Assembly (NCBI GenBank): GCA_047618295.1
Contig: JBLHKL010000001.1
Span: forward strand, 1 to 50,467
Origin: Gammaproteobacteria bacterium
GTDB taxonomy: Bacteria; Pseudomonadota; Gammaproteobacteria; Eutrophobiales; Eutrophobiaceae
DNA: 50,467 nt
Direction of reading: 5' to 3'
Shown: positions 17,007-26,598 of the stretch, in pieces
Layout: every line of letters starts with the position of its first letter
How positions within the stretch are numbered: the first letter of the stretch is position 1
Position numbers and translations under genes: made by a program
Notes under the pieces: generated by a model
What the model was told of the DNA's origin: nothing
What the model saw: only the letters and a program-made list of their open reading frames with translations
The model's database searches: none

Positions 17007-19817
17007 TTATATCTTCTTTCTTCTTTCTTCTTTCTTCTTTCTGTTGATTTGATCATTTGCACGCGTTCCTTTTTTCAAAGCGACGGCACAAAATTTGAAC
17101 TCTGGTATTTTAGCGAAAGGGTCTAACGCTTCATTTGTAATCAAGTTGGCTGCGGCTTCATTGAAAGTAAAAGGCATCATGACGACCCCTTCCAACATAT
17201 GTTCATCTGCACGAGTGGTTGCTGCTACTCTGCCTCGACGTGATTCTACAACTAAAATATCGCCTGACTTTATTTTAAACTTAGCCATGTCTTTTGGATT
17301 AATCATGATGCATGGACCCGGTTCAAGCGCATCAAGAACTCGCGAATGGCGCGTCATGGTGCCCGTGTGCCAATGTTCGAGTTGTCGTCCAGTAACGAAG
17401 ACATAAGGAAATTTAGGATCTGGCATTTCTGCAGCTTCAATATATTCAGCTGGTACAAATCGACCTTTACCGTCATCTGTTGGGAAGACACCATCTTTAA
17501 ATATTATAGGTTCACCAGGGTCACCTTCGTTTATTAATGGATAGGTTAGAGAATCTTCTTGTTCCAGTCTCTCCCATGTCATGCCACCCATACTGGGTAC
17601 TGCTTTACGAATTTCATTAAAAACATCTTCTGGACCTGTATAATTCCAATCAAGGCCAATCCGATTTGCAATCTCTTGAATTATCCACAAGTCTTGCTTA
17701 GCTTCACCAGGAGGGTCAATTGCTTGTCGTCCCATTTGTACACGACGATCAGTATTGGTAAAGGTGCCCGTTTTTTCTGGAAATGCACTTGCAGGTAAAA
17801 TCACATCTGCATAACTGCAGGTCTCTGTAAAGAAAATGTCCTGAACTACTAAGTGTTCAAGGTTTGCTAGTGCAGCGCGTGCATGATTTAGATTTGGATC
17901 AGACATAGCAGGGTTTTCACCCATGATATAGAGGCCATTTAAATCCCCATCATGAATGGCATGCATAATTTCGACTACGGTCTTACCAACATTATGGTTT
18001 AGTTCCTGTCCCCAAAGTTTTTCAAACTTTTTCCTAACATCTGGGTCAGAGACTGGTTGATAATCAGGATAAACCATAGGGATTAAACCAACATCTGAAG
18101 TGCCTTGAACATTATTCTGGCCACGTAAGGGATGTAAGCCTGTACTGGGTCGACCAATCTGCCCGGTCATTAGCGCTAGAGAAATAAGGCAACGGGCATT
18201 GTCGGTCCCGTGGATATGTTGTGATATTCCCATTCCCCAAAATATGATTGCGGTTTCTGCCTTTGCATAAAGGCGTGCAACAGTTTTTATTGTTTCAGGT
18301 GGAATTGCACAAATTGGTGCTACTTCTTCTGGGCTATATCTAAGTACAGTTTCTTTTAACGCTTCAAAACCATCTGTGTGTTCATCAATAAATTCCTGAT
18401 TGTGTAAATTTTCAGTGATGATCGTGTGCATTATTGAATTAAGCAGCAATACATCTGTACCTGGTCTTAATTGCAATAAGTGTTCTGCATGAAGGTACAT
18501 TTCTGAACCATAGGGCTCAATCAGTATTAATTTGCTACCACGGTCTGTGGCATTTTTAATAAAAGTAGCCGCAACAGGGTGGTTATCATTTGGGCGAGCA
18601 CCAATAACAATGATCACTTCTGCTTTTGAACCATCAGCAACCTGATTCGATACTGCGCCAGAGCCAATAGTTTCTAGTAGAGCTGCTACCGATGAGGCGT
18701 GACAAAGGCGTGTACAATGGTCAACATTATTGGTACCAAAACCTGTACGAACAAGTTTTTGTACTAGATAGGCTTCTTCATTACTCCCTTTTGCACAACC
18801 AAACCCAGCAAGTGCTTCTGAGCCTTTATCATCTCTAATCTTTGACAGTCCATTTGCAGCATAGTCCAAAGCTTCTTCCCAACTGGCCTCACGGAAATAC
18901 TTATGCATATCCAGCGGATCGATTAGATCAGGTGTTTTCTCTGCATCATCACGACGAATCAAAGGTTTGCTTAGTCGATCTGGATGGTGGACATAATCAA
19001 ATCCATATCTACCTTTTACACATAGTCTGCTTTTGTTTGAAGGACCATCACGGCCTTCAATATATTGAATATGATTATTTTTAACGTTATAGGTTAGTAA
19101 ACATCCTACGCCACAATAAGGGCATGCCGATTCAACTTTTTTATCGGGTTCGATTAAGCCAACATTTTTTGCCGGCATTAACGCACCTGTAGGACAGGCT
19201 TGAACACATTCACCACAAGCTACGCAGGTACTTTCACCCATGGGTTCGGCCATGTCGAAGGTGATCTCTGCATGCTTGCCACGAAAGGCAAAACCAATGA
19301 CGTCATTAACCTGCTCTTCACGACAGGCCCTGACACAACGAGTACATTGAATACAGGCATCAAGATTTACAGCTATAGCAGGGTGAGAGAGATCGGGTTT
19401 AGGCTGTTCGCGCTGTTCAAAACGTGGATTGAATACATTTAGTTTTTCTGCCCAATAATCTAGTTCAGAGTTTAATGTATAGGGGGATTTCCCTTGTTGT
19501 GGCATATCCGATAGTAATAATTCCAATACCATCTTTTGTGAAAGCTGAGCTCTTTCATTGTCGCTTGTTACTTCCATGCCTTCAGCAGGTTGGCGACAGC
19601 AAGATGGTGCTAATACGCGTTCTCCATCAATCTCAACCATGCAAGCGCGACAGTTCCCATCTGGACGGTAGCCCTCTTTATAACAAAGGTGGGGTATTTC
19701 TATGTCATTTCTTTTTGCAGCCTGCAGTATAGTTTCGTCACCATAGGCATCAATTTCATTACCGTTAAGTTTAAAAGTAGTGGCTTTTTCATTCATAAAT
19801 TTAGGATTAGCAGCCAT
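17007..19817 (-). CDS. fdhA: NAD-linked formate dehydrogenase, catalytic (alpha) subunit, Mo/W-bis-MGD type
   Basis: N-terminal 2Fe-2S (CYKEGYRPDGNCRAC), two ferredoxin-like 4Fe-4S motifs (CIQCTRCVRAC, CVACGECVQACP), a CPYCGVGC cluster, an MGD domain with the active-site Cys-His (TRLCHASS), and a C-terminal MopB barrel. 936 aa, like the two-subunit Fdh1A/FdsA enzymes. Confidence 0.92.
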   Translation of the reverse strand: MAANPKFMNEKATTFKLNGNEIDAYGDETILQAAKRNDIEIPHLCYKEGYRPDGNCRACMVEIDGERVLAPSCCRQPAEGMEVTSDNERAQLSQKMVLELLLSDMPQQGKSPYTLNSELDYWAEKLNVFNPRFEQREQPKPDLSHPAIAVNLDACIQCTRCVRACREEQVNDVIGFAFRGKHAEITFDMAEPMGESTCVACGECVQACPTGALMPAKNVGLIEPDKKVESACPYCGVGCLLTYNVKNNHIQYIEGRDGPSNKSRLCVKGRYGFDYVHHPDRLSKPLIRRDDAEKTPDLIDPLDMHKYFREASWEEALDYAANGLSKIRDDKGSEALAGFGCAKGSNEEAYLVQKLVRTGFGTNNVDHCTRLCHASSVAALLETIGSGAVSNQVADGSKAEVIIVIGARPNDNHPVAATFIKNATDRGSKLILIEPYGSEMYLHAEHLLQLRPGTDVLLLNSIMHTIITENLHNQEFIDEHTDGFEALKETVLRYSPEEVAPICAIPPETIKTVARLYAKAETAIIFWGMGISQHIHGTDNARCLISLALMTGQIGRPSTGLHPLRGQNNVQGTSDVGLIPMVYPDYQPVSDPDVRKKFEKLWGQELNHNVGKTVVEIMHAIHDGDLNGLYIMGENPAMSDPNLNHARAALANLEHLVVQDIFFTETCSYADVILPASAFPEKTGTFTNTDRRVQMGRQAIDPPGEAKQDLWIIQEIANRIGLDWNYTGPEDVFNEIRKAVPSMGGMTWERLEQEDSLTYPLINEGDPGEPIIFKDGVFPTDDGKGRFVPAEYIEAAEMPDPKFPYVFVTGRQLEHWHTGTMTRHSRVLDALEPGPCIMINPKDMAKFKIKSGDILVVESRRGRVAATTRADEHMLEGVVMMPFTFNEAAANLITNEALDPFAKIPEFKFCAVALKKGTRANDQINRKKKEERRKKI
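17014..17041. repeat. Perfect tandem heptanucleotide repeat (TTCTTTC)x4 inside the last codons of fdhA
   Basis: Read directly from the sequence. On the coding strand it is (GAAAGAA)x4, encoding the K/E/R-rich tail NRKKKEERRKKI. Confidence 0.9.
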
Positions 19818-21478
19818 TATTTAAATTCCTCGGGGAAATATTTCATCGCACAACGTAAAGGATTTGGTGCAGCTTGTCCTAAACCACAAATAGAGGCATC
19901 GACCATTGCAGTTGAGAGCTCTTCTAACAGCGGTTGATCCCAATCATCTTTCTCCATCAGTTTTACTGCCTTGGCAGTTCCAACTCTACACGGAGTACAC
20001 TGACCGCAAGATTCATCTTCAAAAAAGCGCATCGCATTTAATGCCATTTGTTTTGCACTGTCTTTGTCAGATAACACAACAATTGCTGCTGATCCAATAA
20101 AACAGCCGTAAGGTTGTAAGGTATCGAAGTCCAGAGGGATATTAGCTAATGAAGCAGGTAAAATACCGCCAGATGCACCGCCTGGAAAATAACCATAAAA
20201 ATCATGACCTCCTAGCATACCGCCACAATATTCATCTATTAGTTCCTGCATGGTTATACCAGCGGGGGCAAGATGAACCCCGGGCTTTTGCACGCGACCA
20301 CTGACAGAAAACGAACGCAGCCCTTTTCTATCATGCCGACCATTATTAGAGAACCATTCTGGACCATTGCTAATAATGTCTCGAATCCAGTGCATGCTTT
20401 CCATATTTTGTTCAAGGGTAGGGCGGCCAAATAAGCCCACCTGTGCAACGTATGGTGGTCGTAATCGTGGCATCCCGCGTTTGCCTTCAATCGACTCAAT
20501 CATTGCCGACTCTTCTCCACAAATATAAGCACCCGCACCACGCCTTAAGTGTATTTCAGGTAATTCACAAGGAGGATCTTGTTTAAGTAGCTCAAGTTCA
20601 TTTTCCAATGCTTTGCGACAACCTGCATATTCGTCTCTTAAATAAATATAAATTTTGTCAGCATCAATAGCCCAGTGGGCAATTAGAGTTCCTTCGATAA
20701 AACGATGGGGATCCTGCTCAAGGTAAACCCGGTCTTTAAATGTCCCTGGCTCACCTTCATCTATATTGATGGCGACCATTTTAGGTTTGGCTTGTTCACT
20801 TAATATGCGCCATTTACGGCCAGTTGGAAATCCTGCTCCACCGAGGCCACGTAGATTGGAATCTTCCAGTAGAGAGATAATATTTTCTCGTTCAAATTTC
20901 CCTTCAACACAATCTACTAATAATTGATACCCGCCATTTTTTTTATAATCTACATAGCTTATACAATCAGGTTCACTATCTTCAAAGGCGTTATTTTCGA
21001 TCGCTGATTTAACCTTCTTTATATCTGCAGATTCTATTGGATTTGTTCCAACAACAGCAACTGGAGCAGCATTACAACGTCCAACACAGGGCACTGTTTG
21101 AATGCGAACGTCATCAATATTTTCAGATTCAAGTTGCTGGAGTAGTGTTTTGGCGCCAAACATCTCGCATGTCAGTGAATCGCATACTCGTACTGTTTTA
21201 GTTGGTGGAGGTGTTTCATTTTCTTTTAATACATCAAAATGATGATAAAACGTTGCTGTTTCATATACTTCAGCCATAGGCAGGCTCATGTCTATAGAAA
21301 GCGCAAGAATGTGTCGATTTGATATGTGGTGATAGTGATCTTGTATCTTATGCAGGTTCTCAATCAACATATCCCTTGTGCGTGGGGCATCGCCAAGAAC
21401 CTGTCTGATTTCTGCTAAAGCTTTATGGGGAGTTGTGCGGCCTTGGACACGACCTTTTTTTCCGCGAGTACGTTTCAT
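19817..21478 (-). CDS. fdhB: NAD-linked formate dehydrogenase beta subunit (fused NuoE-like + NuoF-like diaphorase)
   Basis: N-terminal NuoE-like 2Fe-2S domain (VCDSLTCEM..., VPCVGRC), NuoF-like FMN/NADH site (GLGGAGFPTGRKW, EGEPG), and the C-terminal 4Fe-4S motif ESCGQCTPCR. The stop overlaps the fdhA start by 1 nt. Confidence 0.9.
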   Translation of the reverse strand: MKRTRGKKGRVQGRTTPHKALAEIRQVLGDAPRTRDMLIENLHKIQDHYHHISNRHILALSIDMSLPMAEVYETATFYHHFDVLKENETPPPTKTVRVCDSLTCEMFGAKTLLQQLESENIDDVRIQTVPCVGRCNAAPVAVVGTNPIESADIKKVKSAIENNAFEDSEPDCISYVDYKKNGGYQLLVDCVEGKFERENIISLLEDSNLRGLGGAGFPTGRKWRILSEQAKPKMVAINIDEGEPGTFKDRVYLEQDPHRFIEGTLIAHWAIDADKIYIYLRDEYAGCRKALENELELLKQDPPCELPEIHLRRGAGAYICGEESAMIESIEGKRGMPRLRPPYVAQVGLFGRPTLEQNMESMHWIRDIISNGPEWFSNNGRHDRKGLRSFSVSGRVQKPGVHLAPAGITMQELIDEYCGGMLGGHDFYGYFPGGASGGILPASLANIPLDFDTLQPYGCFIGSAAIVVLSDKDSAKQMALNAMRFFEDESCGQCTPCRVGTAKAVKLMEKDDWDQPLLEELSTAMVDASICGLGQAAPNPLRCAMKYFPEEFK

Positions 21479-21756
21479 TGATATTCGTTTTTATATTGGT
21501 TTTAGTATTAGTTAACAAGTGTCATGCTAATTACTGAATATACAAACTACATCATAAACAATAGTCCGTATTTATAATAGTTGCTCACATTATTCACTGT
21601 TAAACCACAATTATTGATAGAAACGAACATCATCTCAATCCTACCAATTAAATCTGTCGACAATATTGGTTTAGTTCTTACCTAAAGTCAATTATGCTTT
21701 TCGCCTAAGTAAAATTTACTATTTCCTGCAAAGTTAAGCTAAGCGTACAAATGAAG

Positions 21757-22581
21757 TTATTTATAATGTTGTAATATCAGAAGCTCGCCTTTTCCATTTC
21801 TGGCCAAGTCTCCTGAAAATCTATGCGCTTCGGGTCCATATTTATTGAAGAGGGCAAGGTCTTCATCAATATTTGCAAGTTGTGTGAATAATAGGCGTAA
21901 AAACTGCATCTTCAAATTGCCACAGCTTTTAAACGTTGCTGACAGGTGAGTGGGCTTTTTAGCTAGTATTATCGTGCCGCGGCGCATACCTTCTCCGGGC
22001 AGTTTACCTACTTTATCAAGGACAATTATTGTGCCTGCATGGATACGGCTGCCACAATAATTTCCGGATTTACCCTGAATTATGATTATACCGCGTCGCA
22101 TTCTATCCCCAACCCGGTCGCCCGCATTGCCTTTAATATTGATAAGGCCATTGGACATGCCAAATGAATCACCGGGTAATCCGGCACCGACATAATCACC
22201 AGCATTACCATTGATATTAATACGACCCCCAGACATGGCATTACCTACCCACGAACCCGCATTTCCAATAACCGTCAGTGTGCCATTCTTCATCCCTTGA
22301 CCTAGGAAATCACCTACATCACCGTTTATTGTAATACTACCTTGGGTCATTCCTTGACCAGCATTGATAAGCTTATCGGTGCTTTTTTCTATAACTATCT
22401 GTGACGAATCGGTGCCTTTTACGGTAAATAAAGTATCAAGCTTGACCGTTTTATTGCCATATATGATTTTTAAATTCTTTATATTTGTCAGTGTTTTGCC
22501 TTCCAGATTCTCCGGCGTTAGCTGCGCTACATCCAAAGTGAATTCAGGTTGGTTTTTCAATGTAAATACTAACGCGCTCAT
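21757..22581 (-). CDS. fhcC: Formyltransferase/hydrolase complex subunit C (FwdC homologue)
   Basis: Repeated G-x-x-G-x-x-x-G beta-helix units (GNAGSWVGNAMSGG, GNAGDYVGAG, GNAGDRVGDRMRRG) typical of FwdC/FhcC. 4-nt overlap with fhcD. Confidence 0.88.
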   Translation of the reverse strand: MSALVFTLKNQPEFTLDVAQLTPENLEGKTLTNIKNLKIIYGNKTVKLDTLFTVKGTDSSQIVIEKSTDKLINAGQGMTQGSITINGDVGDFLGQGMKNGTLTVIGNAGSWVGNAMSGGRININGNAGDYVGAGLPGDSFGMSNGLINIKGNAGDRVGDRMRRGIIIIQGKSGNYCGSRIHAGTIIVLDKVGKLPGEGMRRGTIILAKKPTHLSATFKSCGNLKMQFLRLLFTQLANIDEDLALFNKYGPEAHRFSGDLARNGKGELLILQHYK

Positions 22582-23474
22582 TTGAGTAGTTTCCTAAGGT
22601 GAAATAAATGGGGGCCTAGATTGCCTCCATAATTTCCCGCGCTGATGCGGCAAATACCCTTTGCAGGACCGAATGAGCATGCTGCCTGTATACCTAGGCG
22701 CATTGCTTTGTTTATTGAATCCTCATCAAGGCCATCGATCACGATTTCAAGCACTGACCCAATTTCATCTGTTAATTCGGATTTAACTTGGCCTTTCAAT
22801 GTAGGGCAGTATGCCTCATTGGTTGAGGCAGTAAGAAACTTATATTTTGAACCAACTTTTGAACCTGACCCAACAACACCACCCGGAAAAGCAGTTATGA
22901 CACCGGGTACTTTTTGAATTTCTTCGACAGCCTTTTCGCAAGCAGCAAGACCATGTCTAGCAGTTTTTGCCAGAACTAGAAAGTTTCCACCACCTATTGC
23001 TTTTGTCACGCCAGCTGTTTCTTCAACGATGAATTCGCCATGCATCACCGGGATGCGCCAAAAACGTCTATTGTTGACTACCTTTGATATTTGAAATCCA
23101 TCCCCAAAGAACCGAAGACTTTTACCCATAGAAACTTTTTGTTCGCTATCTAATCCTGAATAACATGCCGTTGTAGCAGTGGTCATAACTGATTGGCCAA
23201 CACGCGTTGCAACGTGTTTTTCAAGATCTTTCATCGACATAGCAAATATCATGACGGAAATACCTGGCCTTCCATCAGGTGTTTCTGATGGTTTAAGTTC
23301 TCGTTCAATATCTGCTTCAATACCACATGCTATTACTGATGATGCAAAACCGCGTATTGCATTAGCAGCACGATATGCCCACTTATGTGTCATTGCTGTG
23401 ATAATGATGCGTGTTGCTTTCATAGGGAAAGCTTCCGCAAATGTATCGTCTATCTGTACGCCGTTTATTTTCAT
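22578..23474 (-). CDS. fhcD: Formylmethanofuran:tetrahydromethanopterin N-formyltransferase (Fhc subunit D)
   Basis: About 298 aa; N-terminal IDDTFAEAF.M...R..ITA motif and a C-terminal ISAGNYGG.LG block typical of Ftr. Confidence 0.9.
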   Translation of the reverse strand: MKINGVQIDDTFAEAFPMKATRIIITAMTHKWAYRAANAIRGFASSVIACGIEADIERELKPSETPDGRPGISVMIFAMSMKDLEKHVATRVGQSVMTTATTACYSGLDSEQKVSMGKSLRFFGDGFQISKVVNNRRFWRIPVMHGEFIVEETAGVTKAIGGGNFLVLAKTARHGLAACEKAVEEIQKVPGVITAFPGGVVGSGSKVGSKYKFLTASTNEAYCPTLKGQVKSELTDEIGSVLEIVIDGLDEDSINKAMRLGIQAACSFGPAKGICRISAGNYGGNLGPHLFHLRKLLK

Positions 23475-23482
23475 AATTAATT

Positions 23483-25138
23483 TTACATACAGGGTTGTAC
23501 GATGATTTTGCCGTTACCATGCTCAACGATTTCATCATCATCAATTTTAAAATTACCCAGGCTGACGGTCTGGAAATCATTAAAATAACGTTTAAGTGAC
23601 TTTTCTATACCGTTATCATATTCTGGTCTCAATGTATGAGTAGCGCCATTGACTACTTTTACAATCTTCCCGTTACGTACAATAAGCTCACCATTTTTGA
23701 AAACGTAATCAGGCTTACTGAACATTTTTTCTTTGTCTTTGTGGTTGCTGTACACGGTGATGTCAGCAACTGCTCCGGAGCCTAAATGCCCCCGATTTTT
23801 CAAGCCGAGACTTCTTGCCGGTGCAGCTCGAGTCATAATTGCGATATCGTATAAGGAATATTCTCTATCAATACTTGCGAGCGTACTTGCCGCAGCGGCT
23901 TCTTTATTAATAGTAGAGAGCATGTCATTTCTGAAGCTTCTATCCATTAATAAACGTATTAGATGCGGGTAGCTTGTGAATGGTGCGCCGTTAGGATGAT
24001 CTGTTGTCAGAAAAACTCTCCAGGGATCATCGACAAGTAAAAATATTTCGAGACCTATAGCCCATTGCAATGCATTTACAAAGTTTTTGTCTCTGTATTT
24101 AAAAGGCACAACTCCACAACCCGCGTCACACTCAATGTCCATAATGACCCATTTTTTCGGGTCTGCATGCCAGTGCCCAGCATATTGGTGTTGGGAATCG
24201 CCTGAAGCAGTGACAGTCTGGCCAAATAAAATTTGTCCGACATCAATAGAAATGTTCGGATTTTTATTGACGGCTTCAGCTATCTCGGCAGCACCGGATG
24301 AAAAGTTTTTATCGCCTTCGGTTCCGTAGCTGTGAAACTGAATATGAGTAAGATGCATGCGCATACCATCAACAGCACGTATGGTCTCCAGTGTAGTATT
24401 GAGATTGCCGGGAACACCAAGATTACAGCCATGCACATGTAGAGGATGTGGTATGCCTAATTCTGTAACTGCTCTGGCGAGAGACTTAAGAATGTCACGC
24501 GGAGATACACCGTAATATTGATTTAATTCATCTAATTCAAGTTTACGCTGGTTAAATTTAAAGGCACTTATGCCGCCCGGGTTAACTACTTTGATTCCGA
24601 GTGCCTGCGTAGCATTGATTGTCCAACCAACATAGTCACTGATAGCGGCTTGGTCTTTTTTTGATGCGAGCATGCGTAAAAAGAAATCATCACTGCCAAG
24701 CATGGCATAGGCACCTTTGTCGACCATGGGTGTGTCGGCCATTTCCATGTGTGTTTGACGAGCGTTGGAAGGTAGCATTGCTGGTTCAAAACATGCGGTG
24801 TAACCCATTTCAGCATAACGATAACCCGCAGTCAGCGTAGAGGGAGCTGCGTAACCACAGCCGGAACGCGTCAGTTCTGTTTTCTCGACCAAATCTGCCG
24901 CATGATCTTCAGGCAACATCATGCGAGCTATATTGATCTTGCCTCCACCTATGTGAGTATGAATATCAATGGCGCCGGCCATGATGATTTTGTCTTTCAT
25001 GTCATAGGTTTTGCTGATTGTTGCATTACCCGAAGGCTTACGTGTTATATGACCGTCATTAATATATATGTCCCTGTGCTCTCCATTAATGCCATGGACA
25101 GGGTCATAAACAATACCGTTAGTTAATTTTATATACAT
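23483..25138 (-). CDS. fhcA: Formyltransferase/hydrolase complex subunit A (FwdA-like amidohydrolase)
   Basis: Amidohydrolase metal site (AIDIHTHIGG), HVHGCNLG, HLTHIQFHSYG, TTDHPNG blocks. 551 aa. Confidence 0.9.
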   Translation of the reverse strand: MYIKLTNGIVYDPVHGINGEHRDIYINDGHITRKPSGNATISKTYDMKDKIIMAGAIDIHTHIGGGKINIARMMLPEDHAADLVEKTELTRSGCGYAAPSTLTAGYRYAEMGYTACFEPAMLPSNARQTHMEMADTPMVDKGAYAMLGSDDFFLRMLASKKDQAAISDYVGWTINATQALGIKVVNPGGISAFKFNQRKLELDELNQYYGVSPRDILKSLARAVTELGIPHPLHVHGCNLGVPGNLNTTLETIRAVDGMRMHLTHIQFHSYGTEGDKNFSSGAAEIAEAVNKNPNISIDVGQILFGQTVTASGDSQHQYAGHWHADPKKWVIMDIECDAGCGVVPFKYRDKNFVNALQWAIGLEIFLLVDDPWRVFLTTDHPNGAPFTSYPHLIRLLMDRSFRNDMLSTINKEAAAASTLASIDREYSLYDIAIMTRAAPARSLGLKNRGHLGSGAVADITVYSNHKDKEKMFSKPDYVFKNGELIVRNGKIVKVVNGATHTLRPEYDNGIEKSLKRYFNDFQTVSLGNFKIDDDEIVEHGNGKIIVQPCM

Positions 25139-25147
25139 TCGTTCTGT

Positions 25148-26425
25148 CTACATCCCTTCTATAACTTGTTTCAGAATTAAACTGACATTGGCATACGGAG
25201 ACTGCCTTAGTTTTTTTAATGGAAGTGATACCACACTGTCAGTGCGAATCAACTGTCCTGAATGGTCAACTCCCGGGGTTGATACCGGAATAAAAACATC
25301 GGGTTTAAAGTTTAATTTAGTATCAGGTGTGCCGAGTACTATTGTTGGTATTGATGCATGAGGTGGTTTCACATTTGAACTAAAGCTTGAAACCCATAAC
25401 AGGGAATCGACATCTTTATTTTTAAGCACGTTTTGTGTTGAATACCGTTGGGCATCATAATCAGGATAACCTTTATTAAAGTTAACACGTAATGGATAGC
25501 CACTTTGCCATGCACAAACGCTATTCGCACTTGTTGCGCCATCGTCACCCCCTAATGAAAACCCAGCAAAACGAGTAAAGCGTGTTAAATATTTAACAAT
25601 TTCACAGAAATTTTGAATTGTAAGTTCGGCATGAGGAATATCTAGTTCGGCTGGAGACCAGACAATAACGCCATATTTAGCCGTCTTCATTTGCTCAGCT
25701 AAAGATTGTAGTGTCTTAATTTTTATTCCAGCTATTTCATTTACATCAAGTGTTGCGCCTGTTACCAGCGCATGCAGACCTGATATGACTTCGCCTATCT
25801 GTTCAGTTTTGCAATTGAGAGTCGTGGGACGTTTACCATTGGGATTTATCCCGGCTTTACTATCAAGTTGATCACCGATGTACACAATTTGGCGCTGCTC
25901 ATTCTTGAGCTTAAACATGGATTGTTTATTCCATATGGTACGTTCGAAAAATCGTGGAAAATTTGTTGCGTCAGTGCCGGCAAAAATAATTAAATCTGCA
26001 CGGTTTCTGATTTCGCTCATGGTCGTTGTGATCCAGCCGAGATCCTGCAATACAAGTGAGTTACGGATAAGTGCATTACCATGCATGTGGTCAACTATGG
26101 CACCGGTTTTATCTGCAAGATGCATTACTTGTCGCATTCCACCAACATCAGTACCAAGACCAGCAAATAATGGGTTATGTGACTTTTTGAGAATGACACA
26201 TATTGCATTTATCGCATCTGAAAGAGGGGCATTGTTACCGTTTATTTTTGGAGAATCTGTCGCTTGTTTAGATTCAAAAGAGGAGACTGCTTTGGGACAG
26301 CCATTTTCAAGTATCTTTAGTGTCTCATCCTTATTTTGGATAACCAAATCATCACACAGTATCCCACAGAAAGGACAGGTCACATCCTTGTTGATGACAC
26401 TAGAAATATTTGATGTTTTTTCCAA
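25148..26425 (-). CDS. fhcB: Formyltransferase/hydrolase complex subunit B (FwdB homologue lacking pterin active-site residues)
   Basis: N-terminal CPFCGILCDD...GCP cluster motif and overall FwdB fold blocks (EIRNRADLIIF, WQSGYP). The catalytic Cys-His is replaced by Met-His (VDHMHGN, Met codon 26084..26086) and the RGH block by LGGDDG. TTG start with an AAGGAG RBS. Confidence 0.85.
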   Translation of the reverse strand: MEKTSNISSVINKDVTCPFCGILCDDLVIQNKDETLKILENGCPKAVSSFESKQATDSPKINGNNAPLSDAINAICVILKKSHNPLFAGLGTDVGGMRQVMHLADKTGAIVDHMHGNALIRNSLVLQDLGWITTTMSEIRNRADLIIFAGTDATNFPRFFERTIWNKQSMFKLKNEQRQIVYIGDQLDSKAGINPNGKRPTTLNCKTEQIGEVISGLHALVTGATLDVNEIAGIKIKTLQSLAEQMKTAKYGVIVWSPAELDIPHAELTIQNFCEIVKYLTRFTRFAGFSLGGDDGATSANSVCAWQSGYPLRVNFNKGYPDYDAQRYSTQNVLKNKDVDSLLWVSSFSSNVKPPHASIPTIVLGTPDTKLNFKPDVFIPVSTPGVDHSGQLIRTDSVVSLPLKKLRQSPYANVSLILKQVIEGM

Positions 26426-26598
26426 TGATAACTCCTTAAGTTTTCAATCAATGATAATTTACGAAATGCAAAAAAAATGAGCAACAGTAACAGCATAGCT
26501 TACAGCCATTAACGGTGCATCATTATCAACAATTAATATTACTGAACTTGAAGGTGTATATTTGCGAAAATGTTGTGCGGTATCAGAAAGATATTATA

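Noticed and set aside
17007-19817. Selenocysteine recoding in fdhA (and in fwdB 31946..33307)
   Set aside because: Both ORFs are uninterrupted. The active-site residue is encoded by a Cys codon (LCHAS in FdhA; TGT at 32948..32950 in FwdB). There is no in-frame TGA, so no SECIS element is needed.
25878-26480. 200-aa ORF on the plus strand
   Set aside because: Lies entirely antisense to the well-supported fhcB gene, has low-complexity composition and no recognisable motif. It is a shadow ORF.
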